64,000 nucleotides of DNA from Candidatus Accumulibacter jenkinsii (GCA_036625225.1 JAZKUF010000005.1:35553-99552), one strand, 5' to 3'. Shown: positions 35,299 through 44,164, counted from the stretch's first letter. Made by a program: numbers and translations. Notes: a model not told the origin generated them from the letters alone.

Positions 35299-38200
35299 AT
35301 GACAATCAAGCGGCTCAATTATTTCACCGGCCAGTTTCTTCGTGAGGAAGACTTCAACGATGAACAGGGCTATCACCTGACGATGCGTCGAACCCACAAC
35401 CGGCGGGCGCATACCCCCGGCATCGTTGACGGTCTCACGGTGCTGGCGGCCACCAACCAGGTCATGGTGAGCGCCGGCCTGGCGATAGACCCGTCCGGAC
35501 GCGAGATCATCCTTGATGCAGCGATGGCGGTGCCGGTCGCCGCCGGTGATGTCGACGCCTTTGTCGTGATGGCTCTCGACGAGAAGAAGACCGATACCAA
35601 GGCCGAGACCGGCATCTCGGGCGAAACGCGCTGGAGCGAAAGCCCGCTGCTGACCTTGGCGAGCTCGGTTCCGGCCGGCGCCGTCGGCCTGGCGCAGATC
35701 GCGGCCGTCGCCGGCGATGGCACGGTGACGCTGAACGGCGACTATCGCCGCATCTACTCGGCCCCGGCGTTGGCAGGTGACCTGAGCGTAGGACGCGACC
35801 TGACCGCGCACGGCAACGTCGCGGTCTCCGGAGACATCGTCGTCAGTGGCAAGGTGGACGGTCGCGACCTGTCCAGCGACGGCAGCAAGCTCGATGCCCA
35901 CGCGGCAGACAGCGCCAATCCGCATGCCACGACCGCCGCGCAGGTCGATACGCAGGGCGGCAGCAACCGACTCGTCACCCAGATCAACGCCAGCTCCGGG
36001 ATCATTGCCGAAGCGCGCATCGAGAGCAGCATTGCCCGCGAGACCCGCTTCAACACGGCCAGCGGACACGACCACGACGGCTCCGACAGCAAGAAGATCT
36101 CCCCCTCGAGCCTCGAGGGGGCAAGCGCCAGCGTCACCGCGGACAACCTGAATGTCCTCACCGCCGGCTCCACTTCCGACGCCGCCACGCTCCACACGCA
36201 CACCGTCTTGCCCGCATTGGCAGGCGAGCTGACAGTGCCGGGCAACCTCACTGTCGTCAAAAACATCGTCGTCAGCGGCACGGTGGACGGTCGCGACCTG
36301 TCCAGCGACGGCAGCAAGCTCGATACCCACGCGGCAGACAGCGCCAATCCGCATGCCACGACCGCCGCGCAGGTCGATACGCAGGGCGGCAGCAACCGAC
36401 TCGTCACCCAGATCAACACCAGCTCCGGGACCATTGCCGAAGCGCGCATCGAGAGCACCATCGCCCGCGAGACCCGCTTCAACACCGCCAGCGGACACGA
36501 CCACGACGGCTCCGACAGCAAGAAGATCTCCCCCTCGAGCCTCGAGGGGGTAAGCGCCCGCGTCACCGCGGCCAACCTGAACGTCCTCACCGCCGGCCCT
36601 ACTTCCGACGCCGCTGCACTCCACACGCACCCCTTCGTGCCGGACGACGGCAGCGTCACCCTGAAGAAACTGGACCCCGCCACCCGGGCCCGGATGCTGA
36701 GAGTCCCTTTACTGGCCCAGAGCCTCAACGTCAATGTGGCGCAAGCTATACGTTTATCACAACTTTTCGGTAGCGCCTTTGACGGAACCTGCCTCTGGGT
36801 GGCGGATTCCCCAAGCGGCGTGGTCCTGAAGATCGACCCCGCCAGTAATGTCGTAGTGGCGACGGTCGAAGTAGGTTATTACCCGCGACCCTTGGCGTTT
36901 GGCGGCGGCTATCTGTGGGTGGCCAACTGGAACAATATCGTCAAGCAGATCGACGTCGCGACCAATACCGTGGTGGCGACGATCCGCGTCGAATCGGCAT
37001 CCCTCGCTCTAGCTATCAGTGGCGACTCGCTGTGGGTTGCAAATTTCTACGCTGATTCGGTCAGCAGAATCGATATGGTGACCCATACCATCACGGCGAC
37101 GGTTCCTGTCGGGAGCAGGCCGCTAGGTTTGGCGGTGGTCGGCAGCTTCCTGTGGGTGGCCAACAGTGGCAGTAACGGCGTCAGCAAGATCGACATGGCG
37201 AGTAACACCGTGGTGGCCACCGTGTCCGTTGGCAGTCAGCCGGTAGCCTTGGCGGCCGCAACGGCAACCTTTCTCTGGGTGGCGAATGCTGGCGACATAA
37301 CGGTGAGCAAGGTCGATGTGGGCGCCAATACGGTGGCTGCCACCCTTCCGGTCGACATGAATCCCTTTGCGATTGCCGTCATTGGAACCTTTGTATGGGT
37401 GGGCGGGTGGCAGGAGGTCAAAAAGATCGATCCCGTCACCAACGCGGTGGTCGCCACCGTTGGGGCGCAGGTCGGGTATTACGGTAATGGAATGGTGAAT
37501 GCCGGCGGATTCCTGTGGGTTTCTGGTGATCTTCAGATGAAGAAGATCGACGTCACGGCCCATACCGTGGCGGCAACGGTATGGCCGGCGGAATCCCGCG
37601 GCATGGCGTTTGATGGCCTCTATCTGTGGGTCGCTCTTTATGGCAGCGATCGGATCCTGAAGGTCGACATCGACACCCTCCAGATCGTGCAGACCGTGCC
37701 GGTCGGGACACGCCCCCACAGTGTCGCCTGCAATGGAAGCCACCTTTTTGTCACCAACTATGGCAGCAATAGCGTCAGCAAGATAGACCCGCTGACCGGT
37801 GAGGTCGTGGCCAGCATCGCGGTGGGGGCGAATCCGGCCGGCATTGCTTACCATAGTTCCTATCAGACGCTATGGGTGGCCAATAGCGGCGACGGGACCA
37901 TCAGCGTATTCTACGACTATGATACCTCGGTGGCCCGGACCCATCAGGTGGGAACCAATCCGCAAGGGGTTGCGTGTGACCGCTATTCTGTCTGGGTCAC
38001 CAGCACCGGCAGCAACATGGTCACCCGTCTGGGGGCCTGGATCGATGGCGGAGTCGAACTGACTCTCTCCGTTGCCGCGGCTCCCCAAACCATCGTCTTT
38101 GATAACTACCGCCTGTGGGTCGCACATGCCGCGACTAACACCCTGAGCACGATATACTCTGATACTGCCATACTTACAACCGTCGCCTTGCCCACCGGAG

Positions 38201-38412
38201 CCCAGCCGACCAAGATGTGTTTCAACGGCACCCATCTACTGGTTCAATGCAGCGATGGGCAGCTCTATCGAATCGACCCCTACACCCAGACCGTCCTGGC
38301 CATACCTGTCTGGGGGCGTCTTGGATCAGGATGGGTCAGCGGCGTGCTGGCTTTCGACGGTGTCAATACTTGGGCAGTAGAAGATGGCACTCTTTACCGG
38401 GCACCTGTCTGA
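35299..38412 (+). CDS. Tail fibre / receptor-binding protein: N-terminal attachment region, two 143-aa repeats, C-terminal multi-blade YVTN-type beta-propeller
   Basis: RBS 'aggagg'. 'KRLNYFTGQFLREEDFNDEQGYH' is a fibre-type N-terminus. It carries 12 or more ~40-aa repeats of the form 'LWVAN...V.KID..TNTVVATI.VG..P..'. Confidence 0.7.
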   Translation: MTIKRLNYFTGQFLREEDFNDEQGYHLTMRRTHNRRAHTPGIVDGLTVLAATNQVMVSAGLAIDPSGREIILDAAMAVPVAAGDVDAFVVMALDEKKTDTKAETGISGETRWSESPLLTLASSVPAGAVGLAQIAAVAGDGTVTLNGDYRRIYSAPALAGDLSVGRDLTAHGNVAVSGDIVVSGKVDGRDLSSDGSKLDAHAADSANPHATTAAQVDTQGGSNRLVTQINASSGIIAEARIESSIARETRFNTASGHDHDGSDSKKISPSSLEGASASVTADNLNVLTAGSTSDAATLHTHTVLPALAGELTVPGNLTVVKNIVVSGTVDGRDLSSDGSKLDTHAADSANPHATTAAQVDTQGGSNRLVTQINTSSGTIAEARIESTIARETRFNTASGHDHDGSDSKKISPSSLEGVSARVTAANLNVLTAGPTSDAAALHTHPFVPDDGSVTLKKLDPATRARMLRVPLLAQSLNVNVAQAIRLSQLFGSAFDGTCLWVADSPSGVVLKIDPASNVVVATVEVGYYPRPLAFGGGYLWVANWNNIVKQIDVATNTVVATIRVESASLALAISGDSLWVANFYADSVSRIDMVTHTITATVPVGSRPLGLAVVGSFLWVANSGSNGVSKIDMASNTVVATVSVGSQPVALAAATATFLWVANAGDITVSKVDVGANTVAATLPVDMNPFAIAVIGTFVWVGGWQEVKKIDPVTNAVVATVGAQVGYYGNGMVNAGGFLWVSGDLQMKKIDVTAHTVAATVWPAESRGMAFDGLYLWVALYGSDRILKVDIDTLQIVQTVPVGTRPHSVACNGSHLFVTNYGSNSVSKIDPLTGEVVASIAVGANPAGIAYHSSYQTLWVANSGDGTISVFYDYDTSVARTHQVGTNPQGVACDRYSVWVTSTGSNMVTRLGAWIDGGVELTLSVAAAPQTIVFDNYRLWVAHAATNTLSTIYSDTAILTTVALPTGAQPTKMCFNGTHLLVQCSDGQLYRIDPYTQTVLAIPVWGRLGSGWVSGVLAFDGVNTWAVEDGTLYRAPV
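35834..36630 (+). repeat. About 1.9 tandem copies of a 429-bp (143-aa) unit in the fibre gene
   Basis: 'acatcgtcgtcag' and 'gtggacggtcgcgacctgtccagcgacggcagcaagctcgat' recur at 35834/36263 and 35854/36283. The period is 429 bp, in frame. Confidence 0.9.
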
Positions 38413-38479
38413 ACGTCAAAGCCACCGGACGCCGGTGCCGCGAACCATCGATCGACCATTGTCAGGAGGATACGAGGCC

Positions 38480-38752
38480 ATGAACTACTACAGAATTTCC
38501 TATTCCATCAACGCCAGCACCGAACGCGTCTACCCCAAGGAAATGAAGGGCGTCGTCTTCACGATGACCCAGGACCATGCCAGCGAGCATTTCATGGTCG
38601 CGGGCACCGAAGCCACCATCGACGTAAACGGGACATCGATTGTTGCCCTGACAGAGGAAGCGGCCGATGCCCTGGTCAAGACGCTTCGCGACACTTTCCC
38701 CAAGCCGCCGCCCTTTGCGGGTGCTCCGTTCCCCCCCCCTCCGGGACGCTGA
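38480..38752 (+). CDS. Hypothetical 90-aa protein just upstream of the effector (candidate adaptor, chaperone or immunity protein)
   Basis: ATG preceded by 'caggagga'. No recognisable motif. Ends in a C9 homopolymer-encoded 'FPPPP'. Confidence 0.4.
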   Translation: MNYYRISYSINASTERVYPKEMKGVVFTMTQDHASEHFMVAGTEATIDVNGTSIVALTEEAADALVKTLRDTFPKPPPFAGAPFPPPPGR

Positions 38753-38911
38753 TCCTCCGACCCGTGGGCAGGCTGGGGAACGACCGCCGTCCGTGCGTCG
38801 CGGGCAAAGACATTGGCGTTGGCGGGACGCTGCCAGCGCCCTTTCAAATTCAGGATTCGGCCAGGAATGCCCTGAGTTCTGGCACCGGTCGATGGCAGGA
38901 GGTTTGGCAAT

Positions 38912-41900
38912 ATGGAATCGACAAAGCAGGCGATACAACCCGCAGCGAGCCGTGCACGGCGCCCCGCTTCGGCGCCCTTGCCTCGCGCATCGTGCATCAG
39001 CCATGACAGCGACTCAGCGCCGTTACGCAGGAAAGTCATCCAGGCCAAACTGACCTTGAGCCACCCGGATGACCGTTTTGAAAAAGAAGCCGACCGCATC
39101 GCCGATCAGGTGTTGCGGATGCCCGACCCGGCGCTGACCCGGCCGGGGATCGATCCAACACCGATCCGTCCACTGTCGATCCAGCGTCTGTGCAAGGAAT
39201 GCGAAGATGAACTGCAGCGGCAGTTCCAGGATACCGGAACCGATCCCGGAAGTTCCAGCCTCGATACCATCGCCACCACCTTGCGTCACACCGGCAGCCT
39301 CCTCGATTCGCCTACCCGCGCCTTCTTCGAACCGCGCTTCGGCGTCGACTTCAGTGCCGTGCGTATCCACACCGACACCCAGGCCAGCGAATCGGCTCGC
39401 GCCGTCAACGCTCTTGCCTATACCGTCGGCCACGACGTGGTGTTCAACAGCGGTCAATACGCACCACACAGTGACACCGGCAGACGCTTGCTGGCGCATG
39501 AGCTGACGCATGTCGTGCAGCAGGGCGGCGGGATCGCCCGCCAGCCCGCGGATGCCGGCACCGGCACGGACGCCGGTGAGCCGATGTTCGAGACGAAGAG
39601 CGGCCAGGTCTCGGAGACCGACGTGCAGACGCTGGCAGCAGTGATCTTCGCCGAGTCGTCGCGGACCGACCCGCGCGAAGACGCCGCGGTCGGCTACGTG
39701 CTGGTGGGCAAGATGAAGGGCGGCGCGTCGATCCAGAAGATCGTGCATCGGCCGCGGCTGTACAGCAGCGTGACCGGCCACAAGGGCAAGGGCTCGCGCG
39801 AGTACCGGGCCTTCATTGGCGACTTCGAGCCCGGGGACCCGACCGGGCTCCCCCAGCAACAGCCCAAGACGATGCAGGCCTATGCGGACCAGCTGGCCCC
39901 GGCCATCACCCGCTACCGGGCCCTGGCGCTGAGGATACTGAACCTGGAGGAGCCGAATCCCGTCATGGGTGCGGTAGGCCAGGGCGGCATGATCGACCTG
40001 TTCTCGGACTATCCGGCGCGGGACGAGAACGGCAACTACAGGGGTCATGCTAAGAATACCTACTGGGAGGGCGTGAAGGCCAGGCACCGGTACTTGCAGA
40101 TCGGCCGCTCGGTGTTCGTCTGGGAGAAGGCAGAGGACGTGCCGGGGCAGAGTGCGGAGAAGCGGGCTATGACGCCGGGCACGCCAAAGACCCCGAAGAA
40201 CCCGGCGTCCCCGGAAGCGTCGCCACTGCAGGTGGCACCGAAGCGTGAAACCCTGTTCAGGCAGGTTGTCGATGCCGGCACCGCAGCCAGCCCGCCCGCC
40301 GCCAGGGCAGATGACGCTGACGCCCGGCGCAAGGAAGTGCTGCGCTGGGCCGAGAGGCTGTCGGGCTTGCCCTATGCCTACTCGGGCGATGACACGGTGG
40401 CGCAGATCGCCCAGAAGCAGCGCCAGCTGGCCGACGAGATCGCCGGCCTGAAGGCCAATCTGCACGCGGCCAAGTCTGCCAAGCCCACCAGCGGCGACGC
40501 TGGGGCGCCGGGCGCCGACGCCGTCCAGAAAACCCTGAAAGCGCTCGAGCAGGCCGAGAAGACTTTGGCCGAGCTAGCGGGCCAGCTGGCTGCCGCCAGG
40601 GAAAGCTGCTGGCAGAAGACGCTGCGCGCCCTCATCGTGGACAAGACCGGTCCGGCGTCGAACGAGCTGCTCACCGCCCTGCGCGACTATGGCGTCGTCT
40701 GCAACACGTACACCGAAGCCGTGATGCGCCTGTCGGGCTACCATGACTTCCCACTCACCGGCCAGATCTACCTACCGCAGTCCGAGCGCTACGAGGCAAT
40801 CGACAAGGAGCGCATGCAGAAGCGTCGCGGCTTGCCCGGCTGGGGCCTCGAGTGGGCCGAGCGCATGGTCGACTGGGCGCTCGCCAACGGCTCGGTGATC
40901 TACGACAGCGCGAGCCCGCCGGCCGAGATGCCCGCGCCCGCGGCGGGCGACATCGTGCTGTTCCTCCGCCCGGGCGGCAACGCCTACCACGCCAACATCG
41001 TGGCGGCGGAGGCCGGTGGCTCATTCAATCTCATCGGCGCTAGCCGTCCCGGCCACCTCTCGGGCCGCGCGCTCACCACGCCTTTCAAGAGCTACGCCGA
41101 CAGGTTGCCGGGCCGGGGCGGGCCGCAATCGATCCCGCAGATCATGGGACAGGACCGGTACGCGTGGATCCTGCGGCCCGGCCGGGCGCTGCCGGCCCCG
41201 GCCGATGAAGCCGCGCCGGGCGCCTCGGTCAAACCGGATGAGGCGGTGCTGCACCGCCATGCCCCTGCGGGTGCGGGTGGTGGTGCCGTCAGCGCCTGGG
41301 TCGAACGGTCGATCCGCGGCCTGTCGGGTCACGGCGACGCACTGCCCGCGGGCCTGCGCGACTTCGCCGAGGCCGGTCTCGGGCAGGCGCTTCCCGACGT
41401 GCGTATCCACACCGGCCCGCGGGCGGACGCGCTCGCCCGGGAGGTGAAGGCCGATGCATTCACGCTGGGGCGCGACGTGTTCTTCGGCGAGGGGCACTTT
41501 GCGCCGCAGACTTGGCGCGGCAGGCGGCTGATCGCCCACGAACTGGCGCACGTAATGCAGCAGGCAGCCGCGCCGACCACGACCCTGCATCGCTTCACGG
41601 CCGAACTCGGGGATAGCAACGCCATCCTCATCAGACCCGAGATGAAGGACACCGACGCAGACCTCGACCGCGTGTTGTGCCCCGGCATCCAGCCGCGCAG
41701 GATCGCGGGTCGCAGCCGCATCGACGTCACGGCCTGTTTCCCGCCGGGTGTAGTGAAGGCGATGTCCGTGGGCCCATTGAACTGTAACGACTTCGTCCGT
41801 CGGGCGCGCGGCGAGGTCGCGCCGGGCACCCAGCCGCAAGTCGGCGACCTGCTGCCGCGCGTGCTGTGGGAAGAACTGCTGAAGAAGGGTTACCGGATCC

Positions 41901-42346
41901 GCAGCATCGGGGCCGTGCGGCTCAGCGGCCGCGTCGAGACGCTGACAGAGACCCGCTGGAAGCCGTTCGAACCGCGCATGGGCGACCTGGTGTTCATGAA
42001 CGGCTCGATCCACCTCAAGGGCAACGCGAAGTCACCCGATCGTGCCGGCGACAACTTCACGGTCGACTGGGATCACGTCGCGTTCTTCATCCTGCGCAGC
42101 CGCGACGGAGTGGAGTACCACCTTGCCAAGGACGGCGACGAGAACCCGGTAGGCATCTACCACACCGGCATGATGCCCGAGGACCCGGAGGCACCCGAGG
42201 CCGAGGGCGCCTACGTGAAGGGCGCCACCACCCTCACGGCCTACCTGGCCGCGTTCGATCCCGATCCAGCGCCGCCGCCGCGCAGCGCTGCCGACGCGGG
42301 GACGAAGCCTCCGCGCAACGAACTGAAGCCCAAGAGTAACCGATAA
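38912..42346 (+). CDS. eCIS-associated multidomain effector: two DUF4157 zinc-metallopeptidase-like modules, SleB-like and two NlpC/P60-like (papain-fold) regions
   Basis: DUF4157 #1 'DDRFEKEADRIADQVLRM...DFSAVRIHTD...LLAHELTHVVQQ'. DUF4157 #2 'LPDVRIHTGPRADALAREV...LIAHELAHVMQQ'. 'LAAVIFAESSRTDPREDAAVGYVLVGKM' is SleB-like. 'VCNTYTEAV...GDIVLFLRPGGNAYHANIV' and 'NCNDFVRRA...GDLVFMNGS...DHVAFFIL' show Cys/His papain-like patterns. Confidence 0.8.
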   Translation: MESTKQAIQPAASRARRPASAPLPRASCISHDSDSAPLRRKVIQAKLTLSHPDDRFEKEADRIADQVLRMPDPALTRPGIDPTPIRPLSIQRLCKECEDELQRQFQDTGTDPGSSSLDTIATTLRHTGSLLDSPTRAFFEPRFGVDFSAVRIHTDTQASESARAVNALAYTVGHDVVFNSGQYAPHSDTGRRLLAHELTHVVQQGGGIARQPADAGTGTDAGEPMFETKSGQVSETDVQTLAAVIFAESSRTDPREDAAVGYVLVGKMKGGASIQKIVHRPRLYSSVTGHKGKGSREYRAFIGDFEPGDPTGLPQQQPKTMQAYADQLAPAITRYRALALRILNLEEPNPVMGAVGQGGMIDLFSDYPARDENGNYRGHAKNTYWEGVKARHRYLQIGRSVFVWEKAEDVPGQSAEKRAMTPGTPKTPKNPASPEASPLQVAPKRETLFRQVVDAGTAASPPAARADDADARRKEVLRWAERLSGLPYAYSGDDTVAQIAQKQRQLADEIAGLKANLHAAKSAKPTSGDAGAPGADAVQKTLKALEQAEKTLAELAGQLAAARESCWQKTLRALIVDKTGPASNELLTALRDYGVVCNTYTEAVMRLSGYHDFPLTGQIYLPQSERYEAIDKERMQKRRGLPGWGLEWAERMVDWALANGSVIYDSASPPAEMPAPAAGDIVLFLRPGGNAYHANIVAAEAGGSFNLIGASRPGHLSGRALTTPFKSYADRLPGRGGPQSIPQIMGQDRYAWILRPGRALPAPADEAAPGASVKPDEAVLHRHAPAGAGGGAVSAWVERSIRGLSGHGDALPAGLRDFAEAGLGQALPDVRIHTGPRADALAREVKADAFTLGRDVFFGEGHFAPQTWRGRRLIAHELAHVMQQAAAPTTTLHRFTAELGDSNAILIRPEMKDTDADLDRVLCPGIQPRRIAGRSRIDVTACFPPGVVKAMSVGPLNCNDFVRRARGEVAPGTQPQVGDLLPRVLWEELLKKGYRIRSIGAVRLSGRVETLTETRWKPFEPRMGDLVFMNGSIHLKGNAKSPDRAGDNFTVDWDHVAFFILRSRDGVEYHLAKDGDENPVGIYHTGMMPEDPEAPEAEGAYVKGATTLTAYLAAFDPDPAPPPRSAADAGTKPPRNELKPKSNR

Positions 42347-42468
42347 CCTGGCGGCGGAAAACGTTCACTAGTTGTAGCGACGCGCAATGATGTCGGCCCA
42401 GACTCACAATCAAGGGGCCTTTCTGACGCAAATTAGTTGAGACCCTTGGCGCTCGCCAGAAGTGACCC

Positions 42469-42495
42469 ACTTTGGCCGGAACGATGATCAAGGCC
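42469..42495 (+). repeat. 27-bp direct repeat, copy 1 (partner 53476-53502, one mismatch)
   Basis: ACTTTGGCCGGAACGATGATCAAGGCC versus ACTTTGGCCGGAATGATGATCAAGGCC. Confidence 0.9.
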
Positions 42496-42852
42496 TCAGG
42501 CGATTGCTGCCACAACCGCGGGCCATGCGACCTTAACGAAGTCCTTTAGAGCCGGGTAGGCCCATGAGAAGTTTTTCTGAACGACTTCTAGCGCAGCCAA
42601 GACCTTCGATTTATCTTGCGTCTTCACAGCTTGAACCAAGTCCTTCGCATGCGACTCGGCGGCCGAACGAACCTCGCCAGTAATCCCCGAACGCTGTGCG
42701 AGAACATCGAGTAGACTGTAGAGCTCTTTAGTTACCGTCTCAATCGACGCTTGCATCGTTGAGGTCCCGGTTATTGAAGACTGGTCTCCCTGTGCCGCCG
42801 CACCAAGGGAAACATTCCCGCCGGTTACGTTAATATTAAATGACTTGTTCAT
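42496..42852 (-). CDS. Hypothetical 118-aa protein in a lower-G+C module
   Basis: Start overlaps the upstream stop (ATGA). N-terminus 'NINVTGGNVSLGAAAQG' echoes the C-terminus of the upstream protein. Confidence 0.5.
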   Translation of the reverse strand: MNKSFNINVTGGNVSLGAAAQGDQSSITGTSTMQASIETVTKELYSLLDVLAQRSGITGEVRSAAESHAKDLVQAVKTQDKSKVLAALEVVQKNFSWAYPALKDFVKVAWPAVVAAIA

Positions 42853-43703
42853 GTGTTCGCCGCCTTGGCAGTGCCAGTTACCTTGTTCATGGCTCCTTGA
42901 ACGATTGACCCAAACGAAGCCTTGCCGCCGCTTACGTTTACATTGAGAACGCTCGCCCGCTGCTGCTTTAGGTCACTTGTATCGACCCCGAAAGAATCGA
43001 GCACTTGAACCAGAGTCTCAAAGGCAACGAACTGAAGCTCACGAGTGCGAGTCAAAACATCAATTCCGTTGAAAAACCCGGGGTAGACGGTAAGAAGTCC
43101 TGGCAGAGGATCGTGCTCTCTTCGAATGTAGGGTAGCAGCATAAATGGAACAGTGAGTGGCGCCAATGCATACCGCCAGAGCAATTTATTTGGATCGCGT
43201 ACGCCCCCCACCAGAATCCACCACTGTAGGCTTTGGACCATTCCTTCCCTTGTGAAACTTGCTAGGACGTGAAATTTTGTCCCCCTTACTGATTCTTTCC
43301 CATCAACAAGCATGAACGTACGGGTCTCGGGTGACGGAAGATCCCGGTCAATGTCCTTCAAAGCAACGAACTTTAATTCGGAGCAACCAAGGCTGCCTCT
43401 GAGGGCGTTGCCGAACGAAGACTTGAGGCTTTCAAGAACGGGTTCTTTGGACTGAAACGTGTGAAAGAACGTGCCGTACTGAACGCCGAGCGCGTTGGCC
43501 GCTCCGTTACGAGAAAACTCAAGAGCGTTGGAGTTGCGTCTGTGCTCAGCAGAGGCGATCATGGCTCGGCTTATCATCATCGCCGGCACCACGTAAATGG
43601 CTCCGGCCAAGAACAAGCCGGGTCCGCCCGCCTCCAATAGCAGGACCGCCAAGTATCCGTATAGAACGAGAACGATCAGTGCATTACTCAGTTTGAATCG
43701 CAT
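42849..43703 (-). CDS. Hypothetical membrane protein with two N-terminal TM helices (lower-G+C module)
   Basis: 'LIVLVLYGYLAVLLLEAGGPGLFLAGAIYVVPAMMI' is hydrophobic. Codon usage is visibly AT-richer than the flanking DNA. C-terminus 'NVNVSGGKASFGSIVQG'. Confidence 0.55.
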   Translation of the reverse strand: MRFKLSNALIVLVLYGYLAVLLLEAGGPGLFLAGAIYVVPAMMISRAMIASAEHRRNSNALEFSRNGAANALGVQYGTFFHTFQSKEPVLESLKSSFGNALRGSLGCSELKFVALKDIDRDLPSPETRTFMLVDGKESVRGTKFHVLASFTREGMVQSLQWWILVGGVRDPNKLLWRYALAPLTVPFMLLPYIRREHDPLPGLLTVYPGFFNGIDVLTRTRELQFVAFETLVQVLDSFGVDTSDLKQQRASVLNVNVSGGKASFGSIVQGAMNKVTGTAKAANT

Positions 43704-43861
43704 AGTAAAGTTGATCCACAAAAGAAGACAAGATTTCGTCTAATTTAAGATATTAATTCAACTTCATCCGGTTACGGGACAACGCTACCCGGATGTTGCT
43801 CGGGATCCCCGCCGTCAAGCTTGGGCTAATTGCCGTTCAGGCCTTCCGTCCAGCAGTTTTT

Positions 43862-44164
43862 TTAAAGCCGGATGAACATTCGCAGCATCCCCGGATCCGA
43901 GCCTGCCAAACTCGCCATGCACCTGACGATGATCGAGCGTGAAGAGTTTAAAGCGCACCTTGGACGGCGCAGGCAAGCCGGCGGTAGCCATATTGGTGAA
44001 CGGGCAGTTGAGTGGTCAGGGCGAGTTGTCTTGTGAGGAGACACAGCGATGTTGGCCGCACGAACGACCGCCACATCCTCGGGACCAAGAATGGCGAGAT
44101 TTTTGACGAATTGGAAAGATAGCCCTGCCGGCGCAGCGGCCCCCTTGACGTTCTTCTTTTGCAT
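43862..44164 (-). pseudogene. Truncated paralogue of the PON-like gene (only ~40 N-terminal codons homologous)
   Basis: 'MQKKNVKGAAAPAG...VKNLAILGPEDVAVVRAANIA' versus 13899-gene 'MQILSVRGAAAPAT...PKNLAIPGPEDFVIDRAAHIA'. Similarity ends near 44040. Confidence 0.55.

Noticed and set aside
22361-36630. Possibility that the near-identical repeats (tape measure, fibre) are template/variable repeats of a diversity-generating retroelement, or a CRISPR-like array.
   Set aside because: No reverse transcriptase or cas gene is in the window. The repeats are in-frame tandem coding units with no unique spacers, and differences between copies are not restricted to adenine positions.
35284-36734. 448-aa and 326-aa minus-strand ORFs across the fibre repeats.
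   Set aside because: They are antisense to a well-supported fibre gene. Their internal repeats simply mirror the 429-bp DNA repeat, and their composition is low-complexity.
39023-42013. 480-aa and 330-aa minus-strand ORFs inside the effector gene.
   Set aside because: They are antisense shadows. The plus frame carries two unmistakable DUF4157 HExxH modules.
15417-42346. Prophage or T6SS interpretation of the tail-like cluster.
   Set aside because: It has no capsid, portal, terminase, integrase or lysis genes. It has no TssB/TssC split sheath, no TssJLM membrane complex and no ClpV. The presence of DUF4255, a dedicated AAA+ ATPase and DUF4157 cargo fits an eCIS.
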